This document shows, piece after piece, positions 6,269-13,209 of a DNA stretch of 13,613 bases. The notes under the pieces are model-generated. The model ran no database searches. It had not been told where the DNA came from and saw nothing but the letters and a program-made list of their open reading frames with translations. Both the position numbers and the translations under genes were made by a program. The DNA comes from an uncultured Elusimicrobia bacterium. GTDB taxonomy: Bacteria; Elusimicrobiota; Elusimicrobia; F11. Location: contig CAZCJA010000068.1 of the NCBI GenBank assembly GCA_964499015.1, forward strand, positions 1-13,613. Direction: 5' to 3'. The number at the start of each line of letters is the position of its first letter. Position 1 is the first letter of the stretch.

Positions 6269-7285
6269 ATGTCCGGAGAACGCATACTGGTGATCGACGA
6301 CGACGAGCAGGTGGCGTCGTATGTTCGTTTGGCCTTTACGCTGAACGGCTATCAGGTTGAATGGATCAACGACGGGCGCAAGGCGTTTGATAAAGCCCAA
6401 CAGATGATTCCAGACGCCATTATTCTCGACCTTAAACTTCCCGGCACCAACGGTTTCCGTATTTGTGAACAACTTCGCTCCGAGCCGCGCACCCGCGCCA
6501 TCCCTATTATTGTCGTCAGCGGCAGCTGGAAAAACGCCCAGGACCGCATTCGTTCCATCGAAGTGGGCGCCGACGATTTTCTCACCAAACCGTTCGACGC
6601 GCAGGAGTTGATCGCGCGCATTAAGCGCATGCTCCAGCGCAAAAAAGTTGACATGGGGCACAACCCGCTGACGGGCTTGCCCGGCAACTTGGCGATCGAA
6701 GAAGAGTCGCGCCGCCGACTGGCAACGCGATCCAACCTCGCGTTCGCCTACATCGACCTGGACAATTTTAAGGCGTACAACGACGTCTACGGCATAAAGC
6801 AGGGTGATAAAGTCATCCGTCTTCTGGCCGACCTTTTGTTGGAGTCGGGCAAGCGGTGGGGAAATCCCAGCGACTTTATCGGCCACGTCGGCGGCGACGA
6901 CTTTGTGATGATGACCTCGCCGGACAAAGCCGAACAGATTTTTTCCTGGATCGCGCAGCGCTTCGACGAACGCATCAAAGCGTATTATTCGGAAGCCGAT
7001 TTGCGCGCGGGCTGCATCACCGCCAAAGACCGCCAGGGCAACATTAAGAAATTCAATTTCGTTTCCGTTTCCATCGTTTATCTCACTGATAAAAATATGG
7101 AAACCAATCAGTATGCGGTGTTAATCCAAACCCTCACCGAAATGAAGGGCTACGTGAAACACAACATGGACCGCACCAAAGGGGGAAGCGTCGTGTTTCA
7201 AGATCGCCGCGGCCCCGAAGCCGAAAACCCGCGCGTCAAGCCGGGCACCGCTCCCGCCAAGCCCGATACCACTCCCCTTAAATAG
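6269..7285 (+). CDS. Response regulator: CheY-like receiver plus GGDEF-family (diguanylate cyclase-like) domain with a non-canonical GGDDF site, 338 aa
   Basis: SD AAGGGGA lies upstream of ATG 6269. The REC domain has DDD (aa 10-12), phospho-acceptor D54 (IILDLKLPG) and TKPF. The GGDEF-like domain has NPLTGLPGN, FAYIDLDNFKAYNDVYGIKQGD and GHVGGDDF (GGDDF = nt 6890-6904). Confidence 0.9.
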   Translation: MSGERILVIDDDEQVASYVRLAFTLNGYQVEWINDGRKAFDKAQQMIPDAIILDLKLPGTNGFRICEQLRSEPRTRAIPIIVVSGSWKNAQDRIRSIEVGADDFLTKPFDAQELIARIKRMLQRKKVDMGHNPLTGLPGNLAIEEESRRRLATRSNLAFAYIDLDNFKAYNDVYGIKQGDKVIRLLADLLLESGKRWGNPSDFIGHVGGDDFVMMTSPDKAEQIFSWIAQRFDERIKAYYSEADLRAGCITAKDRQGNIKKFNFVSVSIVYLTDKNMETNQYAVLIQTLTEMKGYVKHNMDRTKGGSVVFQDRRGPEAENPRVKPGTAPAKPDTTPLK

Positions 7286-7334
7286 CCATTCTTTTCAGGT
7301 CGTTTAGGCGGTGTAAAAAGCTTAAATTGGTGTA

Positions 7335-7363
7335 TTGACGCTTCCGGATGCTTTTGTTATAAA
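7335..7363 (+). promoter_or_regulatory. Strong sigma70 stable-RNA-type promoter (extended -10, GC-rich discriminator) upstream of tRNA-Gly/tRNA-Thr/tuf
   Basis: TTGACG (7335-7340), a 17-nt spacer ending in TGT, then TATAAA (7358-7363), followed by GCGCCACC. This closely resembles the E. coli rrnB P1 -10/discriminator TATAATGCGCCACC (from memory). An A/T-rich UP-like stretch lies at about 7315-7328. Confidence 0.55.
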
Positions 7364-7412
7364 TGCGCCACCTCAATTGACCTTCGTTAAATCTAATTGC
7401 TGGTTTTGGTTA

Positions 7413-7443
7413 GACCCCGGGACGTTTCGGGGTCTTTTGTTTG
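7413..7443 (+). terminator. Rho-independent terminator-like hairpin with U-tract
   Basis: GACCCCG (7413-7419), an 8-nt loop, CGGGGTC (7428-7434), then TTTTGTTTG (7435-7443). It lies 128 nt after the REC-GGDEF stop and 15 nt before tRNA-Gly. Confidence 0.6.
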
Positions 7444-7458
7444 TAAGGGCGCCACGTC

Positions 7459-7529
7459 GCGGGTGTGGTTCAATGGTAGAATGCTAGCCTTCCAAGCTTG
7501 AGACGTGGGTTCGATTCCCATCACCCGCT
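7459..7529 (+). tRNA. tRNA-Gly (anticodon UCC)
   Basis: Manual cloverleaf, 71 nt, no encoded CCA. Acceptor GCGGGTG/CACCCGC; D arm GTTC-AATGGTA-GAAT; anticodon arm CTAGC-CTTCCAA-GCTTG (one U-U mismatch); T arm GTGGG-TTCGATT-CCCAT. Confidence 0.9.
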
Positions 7530-7547
7530 TATGATGCGCGAGGGATT

Positions 7548-7620
7548 GCTGGGGTAGCTCAGCTGGTAGAGCACGTCATTGGTAATGACGAGGTCGTCGG
7601 TTCAATCCCGATCCCCAGCT
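7548..7620 (+). tRNA. tRNA-Thr (anticodon GGU)
   Basis: Manual cloverleaf, 73 nt. Acceptor GCTGGGG/CCCCAGC; D arm GCTC-AGCTGGTA-GAGC; anticodon arm CGTCA-TTGGTAA-TGACG; T arm GTCGG-TTCAATC-CCGAT. Confidence 0.93.
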
Positions 7621-7674
7621 AAAAATTTTAAGCCTAACCAAGAAACATTCACATTCCCAAGGAGGGAGTCACAA

Positions 7675-8871
7675 ATGTCTAAAGCCAAATTCGAACGCAA
7701 TAAACCGCACATGAACGTTGGAACCATCGGTCACGTTGACCATGGAAAAACCACTTTGACCGCGGCTTTGGTTAACGTGCAGGCTCGTCAAGGCAAAGCC
7801 ACCGCGAAAGCGTACGCTGATATCGCCAAAGGCGGAACGGTACGTGACGACAGCAAAATTGTGACGATCGCCGTCTCCCACGTGGAATACGAATCTGAAA
7901 AAAGACATTACGCCCACATCGACTGCCCGGGCCATGCCGACTACATCAAGAACATGATCACCGGCGCCGCTCAGATGGACGGAGCTATTCTCGTCGTTTC
8001 TGCTGCGGACGGACCCATGCCGCAGACGAAAGAGCACGTTCTCCTCGCCCGCCAGGTTAACGTTCCTTCCCTCGTGGTCTTCTTGAACAAATGCGACTTG
8101 GTCGACGATCCGGAATTGTTGAACTTGGTTGAAATGGAAATCCGTGAACTCTTGAACAAATACGAATTCAACGGCGACAAGACCCCGATCATCCGGGGCA
8201 GCGCCACCAAAGCCATGGCCGGAGACAAAGGCGAACTCGGCGAACCGTCGATCGCGAAGCTCCTCGAGGCCATCGACACCTTCATTCCCGACCCGGTACG
8301 CCAGGTCGACAAGCCGTTCCTTATGTCCATTGAAGACGTGTTCTCGATCACGGGACGCGGCACCGTTGCCACCGGTCGTGTGGAGCGCGGAAAATTGAAA
8401 GTCGGCGACGCCATTGAAATCGTCGGCCTTCAGGAAACCCGCAAATCCGTCGCGACGGGCATCGAAATGTTCCGCAAGCTTCTCGATGAAACCGTGGCCG
8501 GCGATAACGTCGGCGTGCTTCTGCGCGGCGTGGAAAAAGACCAGGTTGAACGCGGCCAGGTGCTTTGCGCCCCGGGCTCCATCAACCCGCACAGCAAGTT
8601 CAAAGGCGAAATTTACGTATTGAGCAAAGAAGAAGGCGGCCGTCACACGCCGTTCTTCAACAACTACCGTCCGCAGTTCTACTTCCGCACCACCGACGTG
8701 ACCGGCACGGTTATGCTCCCCGCAGGCACCGAAATGGTGATGCCGGGCGATAACGTCACGGTTGACGTCGAACTCTTGACCCCGGTCGCGCTTGAAAAAG
8801 GCGTTCGCTTCGCTATCCGCGAAGGCGGCCACACCGTCGCGTCAGGCGTTGTCACCGAAATCGTTAAATAA
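7675..8871 (+). CDS. tuf: Translation elongation factor Tu, 398 aa
   Basis: SD AAGGAGGG (7659-7666) precedes ATG 7675. [28 protein letters not shown] (P-loop), DCPGHADY and NKCD motifs are present, and the full length matches EF-Tu. The track ORF start at 7579 runs through tRNA-Thr and is rejected. Confidence 0.98.
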   Translation: MSKAKFERNKPHMNVGTIGHVDHGKTTLTAALVNVQARQGKATAKAYADIAKGGTVRDDSKIVTIAVSHVEYESEKRHYAHIDCPGHADYIKNMITGAAQMDGAILVVSAADGPMPQTKEHVLLARQVNVPSLVVFLNKCDLVDDPELLNLVEMEIRELLNKYEFNGDKTPIIRGSATKAMAGDKGELGEPSIAKLLEAIDTFIPDPVRQVDKPFLMSIEDVFSITGRGTVATGRVERGKLKVGDAIEIVGLQETRKSVATGIEMFRKLLDETVAGDNVGVLLRGVEKDQVERGQVLCAPGSINPHSKFKGEIYVLSKEEGGRHTPFFNNYRPQFYFRTTDVTGTVMLPAGTEMVMPGDNVTVDVELLTPVALEKGVRFAIREGGHTVASGVVTEIVK

Positions 8872-8895
8872 AAAACTTAAGACGAAGGATTATTT

Positions 8896-9063
8896 ATGGC
8901 CAGTCAGGGTAGAAACGTTGTCGCGCTCAAGTGCACCGAAACCGGTGACTACAATTATTATGTTGAGCGCGGCAAAAAGAAGGGCGATCGGGCGAAACTT
9001 GAAGTGAAAAAGTACAACTCGAAGTTGCGCCGTCACACAATTCACAAGGAGGCCAAGATTTAG
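8896..9063 (+). CDS. rpmG: 50S ribosomal protein L33, 55 aa (absent from the supplied ORF track)
   Basis: Hand translation from ATG 8896 (SD GAAGGA upstream) gives MASQGRNVVALKCTETGDYNYYVERGKKKGDRAKLEVKKYNSKLRRHTIHKEAKI, ending at TAG 9061-9063. It matches the L33 pattern (..L.CT.C....Y.T.KN.....RLE.KKY....R.HT.HKE.K). The position after tuf is the usual synteny. Confidence 0.9.
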   Translation: MASQGRNVVALKCTETGDYNYYVERGKKKGDRAKLEVKKYNSKLRRHTIHKEAKI

Positions 9064-9083
9064 CAGGGAGGCCTCTTTCCCGA

Positions 9084-9154
9084 GGGAGTGTCGGTTAATG
9101 GCAAACCACCGGTCTCCAAAACCGGGACTGTAGGTTCAAGTCCTACCACTCCCG
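9084..9154 (+). tRNA. tRNA-Trp (anticodon CCA)
   Basis: Manual cloverleaf, 71 nt. Acceptor GGGAGTG/CACTCCC with discriminator G; D arm GGTT-AATGGCA-AACC; anticodon arm CCGGT-CTCCAAA-ACCGG; T arm GTAGG-TTCAAGT-CCTAC. The position between rpmG and secE is conserved. Confidence 0.93.
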
Positions 9155-9175
9155 CGTTTCTTGACTTAAAAACCC

Positions 9176-9355
9176 ATGAATAATCTGGTTAACTTCTTTA
9201 AAGAGTCCTGGTCGGAGCTTCGGCAAGTCGCCTGGCTGACCACGCCTCAGGTGATCGCTTCCACATGGGTGGTTATTATCTTGGTCGTGATCATGTCCAT
9301 CTTCGTTTTTGCGGTGGATTTTATCCTGCGCGGCCTCTTCGGAGCCCTAATTTAA
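9176..9355 (+). CDS. secE: Preprotein translocase subunit SecE (single-TM form), 59 aa (absent from the supplied ORF track)
   Basis: Hand translation from ATG 9176 gives MNNLVNFFKESWSELRQVAWLTTPQVIASTWVVIILVVIMSIFVFAVDFILRGLFGALI, ending at TAA 9353-9355. This is the SecE signature (F..E...EL+KV.W.t..e) followed by one TM helix. It sits immediately upstream of nusG (ATG 9357). Confidence 0.85.
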   Translation: MNNLVNFFKESWSELRQVAWLTTPQVIASTWVVIILVVIMSIFVFAVDFILRGLFGALI

Positions 9356-9356
9356 A

Positions 9357-9899
9357 ATGACGACAGCAACCGATAAACAGTGGTATTTAGTTCACACCTA
9401 TTCCGGGCATGAGGATAAGGTGCGTTCCAGTATTGAGAAGGCCGCCGCGATCGCTAATCTTAAGGATCGCATCGGCGACGTTGTTATTCCGACGGAAGAA
9501 GTGATCGAACTGAAGAAAAATAAAAAGCAGATCCGCCGCCGCAAGTTCTTTCCAGGCTACATTTTGGTCAACATGGCGGCCGACAACGAAACGTGCTATA
9601 TCATCCGCAACACGCCCGGCGTCACCGGTTTCTTGGGCGGCGCAAAACCGATTCCGCTTCAGGAATCCGACGTGGAACGCATGATGGAACTAAACGCGAC
9701 ACCAAAGACCGCGAAACCCCGTCCGGCGGTGGTTTTTGCCAGAGGCGAAAGCGTGCGCATCAACGACGGTCCCTTCCGCCACTTCGTGGGTACCGTGGAG
9801 GAAGTGAATGAAGACCGTGCGAAACTCAAGGTGACGGTCAGCATTTTCGGACGCGCCACGCCGGTTGAACTCGACTATTTGCAGGTTGAAAAAGTATAA
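9357..9899 (+). CDS. nusG: Transcription termination/antitermination factor NusG, 180 aa
   Basis: [16 protein letters not shown] marks the NGN domain and FPGYILV is present. The C-terminal KOW reads [50 protein letters not shown]. Confidence 0.97.
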   Translation: MTTATDKQWYLVHTYSGHEDKVRSSIEKAAAIANLKDRIGDVVIPTEEVIELKKNKKQIRRRKFFPGYILVNMAADNETCYIIRNTPGVTGFLGGAKPIPLQESDVERMMELNATPKTAKPRPAVVFARGESVRINDGPFRHFVGTVEEVNEDRAKLKVTVSIFGRATPVELDYLQVEKV

Positions 9900-9911
9900 A
9901 AGGATAAGACG

Positions 9912-10337
9912 ATGGCTAAGCAAGTTAAAACACAGGTAAAACTTCAGATTCCCGCAGGTGGGGCCAACCCGGCGCCGCCGGTCGGTCCCGCGCTCGGCCA
10001 GCATGGCGTGCAGATCATGGATTTCTGCAAGCAATTCAACGAACGGACCAAAAAATCCGAAGCCGGAATGATCATCCCGGCCGTTATCACCATTTACACG
10101 GACCGCAGCTTCACCTTTATCACGAAGATGCCTCCGGTCTCGGCGCTGCTCAAGAAAGCCGCCGGTTTGGCCAAAGCCTCCTCCACCCTGAACAAGGACA
10201 AGGTGGGAAAAATCAACAAAACCCAGTTGGAAGAGATCGCCAAAACGAAAATGCCCGACTTGAACACCAAAAATATCGAAGCCGCCAAACGCATGGTGGC
10301 CGGAACTGCCCGCTCGATGGGTATTGAGGTTGCCTAA
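9912..10337 (+). CDS. rplK: 50S ribosomal protein L11, 141 aa
   Basis: [43 protein letters not shown]... is the canonical L11 N-terminus. Confidence 0.98.
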   Translation: MAKQVKTQVKLQIPAGGANPAPPVGPALGQHGVQIMDFCKQFNERTKKSEAGMIIPAVITIYTDRSFTFITKMPPVSALLKKAAGLAKASSTLNKDKVGKINKTQLEEIAKTKMPDLNTKNIEAAKRMVAGTARSMGIEVA

Positions 10338-10338
10338 A

Positions 10339-11022
10339 ATGGGAAAACGCGCTAAAGAAATGGAAAAGAATTTTGAAGCGGACAAGAAATATCCGCTCGC
10401 CGAGGCCGCCGCGATCGTGAAGAAAAACGCGACCGCCAAATTCGACGAAACCGTCGAATTGCACATGCACTTGGGCGTTGACGCGAAGAAAACGGAGCAG
10501 ACCGTTCGCGGTTCGACCGTCCTGCCGAAAGGCCTGGGCAAAAAGAAAGTGGTTGTCGTGATCGCCAAAGGCGACAAGCAGAAAGAAGCGCAGACCTCCG
10601 GCGCGGATTTCACCGGTGAAGCCGATTTGATTGAGAAAATCTCGAAAGGCTGGATGGACTTCGACGTTTTGGTCGCGACGCCCGACGTGATGAAAGATTT
10701 GACGAAGCTCGGCAAGGTTTTGGGTCCGAGAGGTCTCATGCCGAACCCGAAATCGGGCACGGTGACCTTTGAAGTGGGCCGTGTGGTTAAAGAATTGAAA
10801 GCGGGCCGCGTTGAATTTAAGATTGATGACTCGGCCAATATCCACACGTCCGTCGGAAAGGCGTCGTTCGCTCCCGCGGATTTGGCTGAAAACATCCAGG
10901 CCGTTTTTAACGCCGTCATGTCTGCGAAACCCGCGACCGCGAAGGGCGTTTATGTTCAGTCCATGACGATCACGTCCACCATGGGGAAAGGTATTCGGGT
11001 GGCGCACGACGTACTGGCTTAA
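10339..11022 (+). CDS. rplA: 50S ribosomal protein L1, 227 aa
   Basis: ATG 10339 lies one nt after the rplK stop, with GAGG upstream. MGKRAKEMEKNFEADKKYPLAEAAAIVKKNATAKFDETVELHMHLGVD... is canonical L1. The 5-codon upstream extension in the track overlaps rplK and is not needed. Confidence 0.96.
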   Translation: MGKRAKEMEKNFEADKKYPLAEAAAIVKKNATAKFDETVELHMHLGVDAKKTEQTVRGSTVLPKGLGKKKVVVVIAKGDKQKEAQTSGADFTGEADLIEKISKGWMDFDVLVATPDVMKDLTKLGKVLGPRGLMPNPKSGTVTFEVGRVVKELKAGRVEFKIDDSANIHTSVGKASFAPADLAENIQAVFNAVMSAKPATAKGVYVQSMTITSTMGKGIRVAHDVLA

Positions 11023-11027
11023 ATCCA

Positions 11028-11558
11028 ATGTCCGAGACGCCAACTCCTCCAGTCGCTCCAGTCGCCGCCGCGTCTCCTTCCGTTCCGAATCCTGAACTTT
11101 CGCGCCGTTCTTTCCTCCTTTATGGATGGGGAGCGTTTATGGCGTTTCTCGCGGCGTCCGCGGGCGCTACGCTCCGTTTTTTCCTGCCGAACGTTCTCTA
11201 CGAACCGTCCCAAAAATTCCGCGCCGGAATTGCCCGCGATTATCCGCTTGGCGTGACAATTGATAAAGCGAACCGCGTATGGGTTGTCCGCAACGATCGC
11301 GGTTTGTACGCAATGTGGGCGCGCTGCACGCACTTGGGCTGCACGCCGAACTGGTTCCCGGCCGAAACTCGCTTTCGCTGCCCGTGCCACGGCTCCAACT
11401 TTACCGCTGCTGGCGATGTGATCGCCGGCCCTGCGCCAAAGCCTCTGTGGCGCGTGCAGGTCACACAAACTCCAGCGGGAGAGCTTGTCATTGATAAAGC
11501 CGTTATGGAGAATAGACCCGGACCGCGCGACAAAGAGCCGTTCTTTATCACGATTTAA
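11028..11558 (+). CDS. Rieske [2Fe-2S] subunit of a cytochrome bc/b6f-type complex, 176 aa, with a Tat-type signal anchor
   Basis: Cluster-binding boxes CTHLGC and CPCHGS are present. The N-terminal LSRRSFLLYGWGAFMAFLAASAGA has a twin-arginine motif and a hydrophobic anchor. A cytochrome b gene is adjacent. Confidence 0.9.
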   Translation: MSETPTPPVAPVAAASPSVPNPELSRRSFLLYGWGAFMAFLAASAGATLRFFLPNVLYEPSQKFRAGIARDYPLGVTIDKANRVWVVRNDRGLYAMWARCTHLGCTPNWFPAETRFRCPCHGSNFTAAGDVIAGPAPKPLWRVQVTQTPAGELVIDKAVMENRPGPRDKEPFFITI

Positions 11559-11565
11559 TTAACAC

Positions 11566-13209
11566 ATGCAATTACCCAAAATAAATCTCGAGAAGATTAA
11601 AGAAGACGTCATCAACAGCCAAGTGTGGCGTTCCATGTTCCGTGGCGGAACCTGGAAAGACACCTCCCGCGATCGCGCGCAGCACATCCTCGGCAACGTC
11701 TGGCTCCATTTGCATCCCGCCCGCGTCCGCTCACGCGCCGTCAAACCCAATTACACCTGGGGCTTGGGCGGTTTGTCGTTCCTGTTGTTCCTCGTTTTGA
11801 CCGTGACGGGCATCGTGCTCATGTTCTACTACCGCCCGTCGATCGATCTCGCCTATCGCGACATGAAAGATTTGGAATTCGTGGTTTCTTTCGGAAAATT
11901 CATGCGCAACATGCACCGCTGGTCGGCGCACGCAATGGTGCTCGTCGTTATTTTGCACATGGTGCGCGTGTTTCTCACCGGCTCGTACAAAACCCCGCGC
12001 GAATTCAACTGGGGCGTTGGTGTCGTTCTTCTCGTTCTAACTCTTTTCCTTTCTTTTACCGGCTATTTGCTGCCGTGGGACCAACTGGCAATTTGGGCGG
12101 TCACCGTCGGCACCAACATGGCGAGTGCCACTCCATTTCTTGGGGCGGAAGGCCCGTTCTCCTCATTATTGGGCGTCGGTCTTAAGAACGACGCGCGTTT
12201 TGGTTTGCTCGGCGGCACCTCCGTCGGCGCCAACACGCTGGTCCGTTTCTACGTTTTGCATTGCATCGCGGTCCCGTTCATCACGGGCGTGCTGATGATC
12301 GTGCACTTCTGGCGTATCCGCAAAGACGGTTTCTCCGCGGCCGCGCTGCCGAACGAAGGCCCGAACCAGAAGATCGAAGTATGGCCTAATTTGGTCGTGC
12401 GCGAATATATCGGTGCGATCCTGATGCTCATTTTCCTCGTGGCATGGTCGATTTTGCAGAACGCGCCGCTCGAAGGCATCGCCGACCCCAACGTCACGCC
12501 CAACCCGTCCAAGGCGCCGTGGTATTTCTTGGGCTTGCAGGAACTGCTCGTCTATTTTGATCCGTGGATCGCGGGCGTGCTGCTGCCCGGTATTATCGTC
12601 GGTGGTTTGATCGCGATTCCGTATCTCGAACCCGATCCAAATCACGGCGTCGGTTACTACTCGGTCAAAGACCGCCCATTCGCTTCCGCCATTTTCTTGT
12701 TTGGTATCGCCGCGTGGTTTGTGCTTATCATTGTCGGCGTTTTTTTCCGTGGGCCCAACTGGGCCTGGTACTGGCCGTGGGAAAACTGGGCGTATCACAA
12801 GCCGCCGGATCCACCCACGTTTACGCTTCCGCTCGCATTGGGCGGCGCGCTCATCACTCTTTATTTTGCCGTCGGCATGGTGTTGCCGCGCTTGATCACC
12901 AAAATCATCGACATTAAAGCGGCCATCTGGCGGACGTTGATTATTTCAATCGGCGTGTCCGCGATTGTCGGCGCATTGCCGATGTTCAGCTTCGTGCAGG
13001 GCATATGGGCGGGGTTCGGCCTGTTCCTGTATGTGGTGCTCGGGTTCTTCCTGCCGCAAAAATATTTGAAAGGCATTTCGATCATCCGTTACACGGTTTG
13101 CATGCTGCTGCTCCTTTTGATGATCAGTGTATTCCTGAAAATGGCGCTGCGTCTTGGATTTAACGTGAAGTATATCGTCTCGATTCCACAAGTGAGTTTG
13201 AATATCTAA
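11566..13209 (+). CDS. Cytochrome b (fused b6-like N-terminal plus subunit-IV-like part, with extra C-terminal TM helices), 547 aa
   Basis: Helix B has [15 protein letters not shown] (H-X13-H) and helix D has [16 protein letters not shown] (H-X14-H, b6-like spacing). The Qo-loop motif region reads [13 protein letters not shown] count about 11 hydrophobic helices by eye. Confidence 0.92.
   Translation: MQLPKINLEKIKEDVINSQVWRSMFRGGTWKDTSRDRAQHILGNVWLHLHPARVRSRAVKPNYTWGLGGLSFLLFLVLTVTGIVLMFYYRPSIDLAYRDMKDLEFVVSFGKFMRNMHRWSAHAMVLVVILHMVRVFLTGSYKTPREFNWGVGVVLLVLTLFLSFTGYLLPWDQLAIWAVTVGTNMASATPFLGAEGPFSSLLGVGLKNDARFGLLGGTSVGANTLVRFYVLHCIAVPFITGVLMIVHFWRIRKDGFSAAALPNEGPNQKIEVWPNLVVREYIGAILMLIFLVAWSILQNAPLEGIADPNVTPNPSKAPWYFLGLQELLVYFDPWIAGVLLPGIIVGGLIAIPYLEPDPNHGVGYYSVKDRPFASAIFLFGIAAWFVLIIVGVFFRGPNWAWYWPWENWAYHKPPDPPTFTLPLALGGALITLYFAVGMVLPRLITKIIDIKAAIWRTLIISIGVSAIVGALPMFSFVQGIWAGFGLFLYVVLGFFLPQKYLKGISIIRYTVCMLLLLLMISVFLKMALRLGFNVKYIVSIPQVSLNI

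Noticed and set aside
7381-7400. Possible boxA-like antitermination element (CTTCGTTAAATC) in the tRNA leader
   Set aside because: Only about half the positions match the boxA consensus (GCTCTTTAACAA) once the TTAA core is aligned. That is too weak to call.
7579-7674. N-terminal extension of the tuf ORF in the track (start at 7579)
   Set aside because: The extension runs through tRNA-Thr (7548-7620). A strong SD plus ATG at 7675 gives the canonical [13 protein letters not shown]-terminus.
7669-8832. 387-aa ORF antisense to tuf
   Set aside because: It is a shadow ORF on the strand opposite an unambiguous, highly conserved EF-Tu gene. Its translation is low-complexity and has no recognisable motif. 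Long antisense ORFs are expected in GC-biased coding DNA.
8792-9007. 71-aa ORF spanning the tuf 3' end and the rpmG 5' half
   Set aside because: It is out of frame with both real genes, and the region is fully explained by tuf and the hand-translated L33.
9690-11043. 409-aa and 276-aa ORFs antisense to nusG-rplK-rplA
   Set aside because: The reasoning is the same. They lie opposite three canonical, tightly packed plus-strand genes and have no motifs or plausible start context.
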